Shown here in pieces: positions 58,618 to 64,000 of a stretch of DNA of 64,000 bases. Both the position numbers and the translations under genes were made by a program. The DNA is from the human T2T-CHM13v2.0 reference genome, Homo sapiens: the NCBI RefSeq assembly GCF_009914755.1, contig NC_060943.1; one strand, written 5' to 3'. The notes under the pieces were generated by a model. It worked only from the letters and a program-made list of their open reading frames with translations, was not told the DNA's origin and did no database searches. Each line of letters starts with the position of its first letter. The stretch's first letter is position 1.

Positions 58618-59072
58618 CTTTGGGGAGAGAGGTGTAGAGAGTTAGAGATGGGGTATAGGGGCAAAGCACTGGTGTCCCTCTCCTCCTGTGGGGTCCACAC
58701 TAGCTCTGAGGAGGAGACTAGTAAAGTGGGGGCCTCAGGTCTTCAGAAAAGCCCAGACCATTTCCCTGGAGCTGCCCAGGCTGTCCTGCAGAGAGTGGAG
58801 CAAGGGCTGCGGACAGCGTCGTGGCAGACAAGTGCCATTCCTGGACCATGGAGACGCCTGAGGCAGTAGGAAAACAAGCAAGAGAGAAGAGGGAGTGCGA
58901 GGGGTGTGGCAGCTCCTGCCGAAGAGGCGACAAAGGCTGGGGGTGAGCAAAGATTCAGTCCAGGTCTTTGAAGTCTATGGAGGCCTTAGTCCTGGCTTCT
59001 CATATTGATCCCCGTTAGTCCCCACTCTGCTTCCATCTGGCCCTGGAGAGAACAGGACTGGCTGGTTCCTAC

Positions 59073-59120
59073 CTGCGCTGTTTCCTTGGAAGATGCTGAT
59101 GGCCACTTTCTGTGGAGCAT
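59073..59120 (-). CDS. SIGLEC6: SIGLEC6 linker exon
   Basis: 48-nt YAPQKVAISIFQGNSA with AG/GT. Confidence 0.92.
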
Positions 59121-59316
59121 CTGAGGTGGAAAGAGGTGGCCGCCTCAACATCCCTGAGGAGGGATGGTAGGCATGGGGCCTTCCCCTCAGGAGCCATGAA
59201 AACAGGGAAAGGGGCTCTCCTCTTTGGCAACCAGGTCCCCAACTTTAAGCTCTGGCTCAGCCCTGCCCTGTCCCCCCACACCCTCAGGGACCCGGGCGTC
59301 CTGGCCCAGCACTCAC

Positions 59317-60213
<897 letters not shown>

Positions 60214-60217
60214 TCAC

Positions 60218-60284
60218 CTGCCCACAGCAGGGGCAGCAGCAGCGGTAGCATCTCTGAGGCGGAGGCTTCCTGGGCTCCCTGCAT
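60218..60284 (-). CDS. SIGLEC6: SIGLEC6 exon 1 ([22 protein letters not shown]; second ATG at 60251)
   Basis: 67 nt; G|GTGAGT donor; all 8 exons total 1362 nt = 453 aa + stop. Confidence 0.92.
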
Positions 60285-60560
60285 GAGCAGAGAAGGGGAA
60301 GGGAGTGGAGGGGAAGGACTGTGGGGAGGAACGGGTGGCTGGGGAGGAGCGCGTGATCTCGGCTGTTCACAGAAGAGGAACTGCGAAGCCACAAGCCCTC
60401 GGAGCTCCACTCCCTCTGCACAGAGCAGACGGAAACTTTGAGACCCAGAGACCTGCCCAAAGAAGAGCAGAGGAGAAGAGACTGTGTCCCGCCTCCCACC
60501 TCGGGGCTTCCTGTGAGCAACAGAGCCCGGACCAGGGCCTCCCGGGGCATCTGAGGAATG
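60285..60560 (-). promoter_or_regulatory. SIGLEC6 proximal promoter/5' UTR with PU.1/ETS-type AGAGGAACT (60374-60382)
   Basis: Immediately upstream of the ATG; paralogous to 29000-29300 inside SIGLEC12. Confidence 0.55.
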
Positions 60561-60775
60561 CGAAACCTGTGTCCAAGGCCCTGCCCACCTGAGGTGCTTT
60601 TCTGTGCACCACTGTTTACACCTGGGAGCTGGTCACTCCTGGCCCCAGAGAGTCACAGCCTCATCCCACGCCATGAGAAAGTCAGTCCTGCAGGATATAG
60701 GATTCTGTAGGGTCTGTGGGAGTGTCTGGGACAGTGAAAGGAAGAAGGGTCCCAGGTGCAGTGTGGGTGATAGCC

Positions 60776-60820
60776 ACTCATTCATTCACTCATTCATTCA
60801 TTCATTCATTCATTCATTCA
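60776..60820. repeat. (TTCA)n microsatellite upstream of SIGLEC6
   Basis: Seen directly. Confidence 0.9.
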
Positions 60821-61429
60821 CCAAAGACATAGTGAGCATCTGTATGTAGGTCGGGCTGGAGAAGAGATGCCAGGGACCTGGTCCCTACCCTTGAGATGAT
60901 CCCCATCCATAGCTTCCCATCCTCAGCACACACCCTCACTATCTAGCTTTAGAGCTGTGGACACTGGTGAGTTTGCCAAGTGACACAGTAGAATGCCAGA
61001 TATTTTTTAAAACATGAGTATGGAGGTTTTTCCTTGACAGCTAGTACGCTGATTTACAAAATTTCAATGACATCTCCAAAATAAGAACTATGCAACATCT
61101 TCATGTAAATCAAAAAGGACACATATTTTATGAACTGCAGTGCAGAAGAAACTTCTTTTGAATTAATGTTGCCACTCAGTGCAGTGTGGACTGGAGAGAT
61201 TTTTTTTTAGGTCCTCATCATAGAGATTAGCAATTTCTTTCCTGTGAAAAATCTGCTTCTCACAGTTAAATGTGGCACAAAAGACATATTTCTGGACAAC
61301 GTGAGCAGAATATCCTGACAAAATTAAAATTTTTAGGTCTAGCTCACATGGTTTTCTATTTTCCTCTGTGCAGTATGCATCTGGCAAATCTCTAATACCT
61401 ATGAGGTATTAGAATTTGCCACCATATAT

Positions 61430-64000
61430 TTGTAAATTTTTTTATTTCTACAAACTTAAGGAGTAGATGTAAAATTTTTTTGCATGTATATAATGCGTAA
61501 TGATTATGTCAGGATATTTAGAGTGTCCGTCACGTGAGTGCAATACATTCTTGTTAACTAAAATCACACTATTCTGCTCTCTAACGCTGAATTTATTCCT
61601 TTTAACTGTATGTTTGTAGCACTTCACTCACTTCTCTTCATCTTCTGTCCTCCCCCTATCTGACCCTTTCCAGTCTCTGTTGTCTATCTTTCTACTGTCC
61701 ACCTCCATGTGATAATATTTTTTTAGCTCCCACATGTAAGTGAGAACATGCAACATTTGTCTTTTTGTGTCTGACTTATTTCAATTTAGATAATGAATTC
61801 TAGTCCCATCCATGTTGCTGCAAATGACACGATTTCATTCTTTTTTATGGCCAAATAGCATGTATACTATATTTTCTTTATCCATTCATCTGTTAATTGA
61901 CACTTAGGTTGGTTCCATATCTCTGATATTGTGAATAGTGCAGCAAAAATCATGTGAATGCAGGTATCTCTTTGATGTATTTCTTTCTTTCCCTTCGGGT
62001 AGATACCCAGTAGTGGGATTGCTTGTGTGATCGAATAGTAATTCTATTTTTAGTTCCTGAGAAATGTCCATAGTGTTTTCCAAAGTGGCTGTACTAGTTT
62101 AAATTCCCACCAACAGTACAGAAGAGTTATCTTTCTCCTCATCCTTGCCAAAATCTGTTATTTTTTGTTTTTTTAGTAATAGTCATTCTGACTGGGTAAG
62201 ACGGTATCTCATTTTGGTTTAGATGTGCACTTCTCTGATGATTAGTGACGCTGACCATTTTGTCGTATTGGCTGTTCTTATGTATTCTTTGAGAACTGTC
62301 TATTCCTGTCCTTTGCCCACTTTTTACTTGGATTATTTGCTTTTTCCTGTTGAGTTGTTTGAGTTCCTTGTATAGTCTGGATATTAGTCTCCTGTCAGAA
62401 GAATAGTTTGCGAATATTTTCTCCAATTCAACAGGTTGTTTCTTCACTCTAATTATTTCTTTTCCTGGCAGAAGCTTTTTGTTTATTAAGTCCCATTTGT
62501 TTATTTTTGTTTTTGTTGCCTGTGCTTTTCAGAACTTAGTCATAATTTCTGACTCTTCTGACCAATGTTCAAAAGAGTTTTCCCTAGGTTTTCTTGTAGC
62601 TGTTTTTTTTTTTATAGTTTTGGGTCTTACATTTAAGTGTATGATTCATTTTGAGTTTTTTTTTAATATGGTGAGAGAGAAGAATCCAGTTTCATTCTTT
62701 TGTGTGTGGGTATACAATTTTCCCAGCACCATTTATTGAAGAAGGTGTCCTTTCCTCAATATAAGTTCTTGTCAGTTTTGTTGACAATCAATTGGCTGTA
62801 TACATGTGGCCTTATTTCTGGGTTATATTCCATTGGTCTATGTATCTATTTCTATACCAATATCAAGCTGTTTTGGTTATTATAGCCTTGTAATATACTT
62901 TGAAGTCAGGTAAAGTGATACCACCAGCTTTGTTCTTTTTTCTCAGGATAGCTTTGGCTATTCAGGTTCTTTTTGGATCCATATGAATTTTATAATTGTT
63001 TTTTACAATTCTGTGAAGACTGACATTGGTATTTTCATATGGATTACATTAAATCTTTAGATTGCTATAGACCAGTGTGGGCTTCTTAAATATCTTAATT
63101 CTTCCAGTCATGAGTATGGGATGTTTTTCCATTTGTTTGTGTCATCTTCAATTTCTTTCATCAGTGTTTTTTAGTTTTTCCTGTATAGATTTTCACCTGG
63201 TAGGTCATTAAGAGCATATTGTTTAATTTCCATACATTTGTCTTGTTTCCAGAGTTCCTCTTGGTGCTGACTTGTTGTTTTGTTCCATTGTGGTCTGAGT
63301 ATACATTGAGTAAACATTGATTTTTTTTTTAATTTATAGAGACTTATTTCGTAGCCGAATATATGGTGTATCCTGGAGAATGTTTCATGTACTGATGAAA
63401 AGAATATGTATTCTGCAGTTGTTGGGTAGAAGTTCTGTAAAAGTCTGTTAGTTCCATTTGGTCTATAGTGTAGTTTAAATGTGATGTTTGTTTGTTGATT
63501 TTCTGTCTAAGTGATCTGTCTTACTGAGAATAGGGTGGTGAAGCTTCCCACCATTATTGTATTGCATTCTATCTCTCTCTTTAGATCTAGTAATATTTGC
63601 TTTATAGATATGGCTGCTCCATTGCTGGGTGCATATATATTTAGAATTGTTATATCCTCTTGCTGGGTTGATCCCTTCATCATTATATAATGACCTTCTT
63701 TGTCTTTTTCTACTGCTCTTGACCTAAGGTCTGTTTTATCTAAGTATAGTTACTGCTGCTTACTATTGGTTTCCATTTGTGTGGAATATCTTTCTCCATC
63801 CTTTTACTTTTGGTCTATATGTGTCTTTTCTTAAGGTGTGTTTCTTTAAGCTGCACACTGTTGAGTCATTTTTAAAATCCATTCAGCCATTCTATATCTT
63901 TTAAGAGGATACTTTAATCCATTTACATACATGGTTATTATTGATTTGTGAGGCTTTCTTTCTGTCAGGTTATTAAACATTTTCTTGTTTTAAACATTCG
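61430..64000 (-). mobile_element. L1MA-type element (antisense, ORF2 3' region/3' UTR)
   Basis: ORF 62139-62447 (-) [30 protein letters not shown] is an L1 ORF2 C-terminus. Confidence 0.88.

Overview
Human genomic DNA from the CD33-related Siglec cluster (chr19q13.4), identified by recognising the encoded proteins. The window holds three genes. CEACAM18 is on the + strand (CDS 7264-19226). SIGLEC12 is on the - strand (30360-20263) and is here the +1 frameshift null allele. SIGLEC6 is on the - strand (60284-48710) and is intact at 453 aa. Two Siglec pseudogene fragments lie between SIGLEC12 and SIGLEC6, within a dense background of Alu, L1, MIR, MaLR/ERVL and MER elements. I see no wholly new gene system; the locus is well known. 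Four structural observations stand out. (1) The two oppositely oriented pseudogene fragments appear to be halves of one gene split by a ~3.4-kb inversion, supported by a nested MLT1>MER2>MST>Alu stack cut in two with a matching ATACT target-site duplication. (2) CEACAM18 has an apparently dead (GT>AT) donor at its last Ig exon and a duplicated out-of-frame acceptor at exon 2. (3) The last CEACAM18 intron contains a 66-bp near-perfect hairpin inside a ~270-bp inverted duplication. (4) An internal second leader/promoter in SIGLEC12 bypasses the null frameshift. Exon boundaries were read by eye from GT/AG sites and frame continuity. Repeat family names and comparisons with reference proteins come from memory, not from a search.
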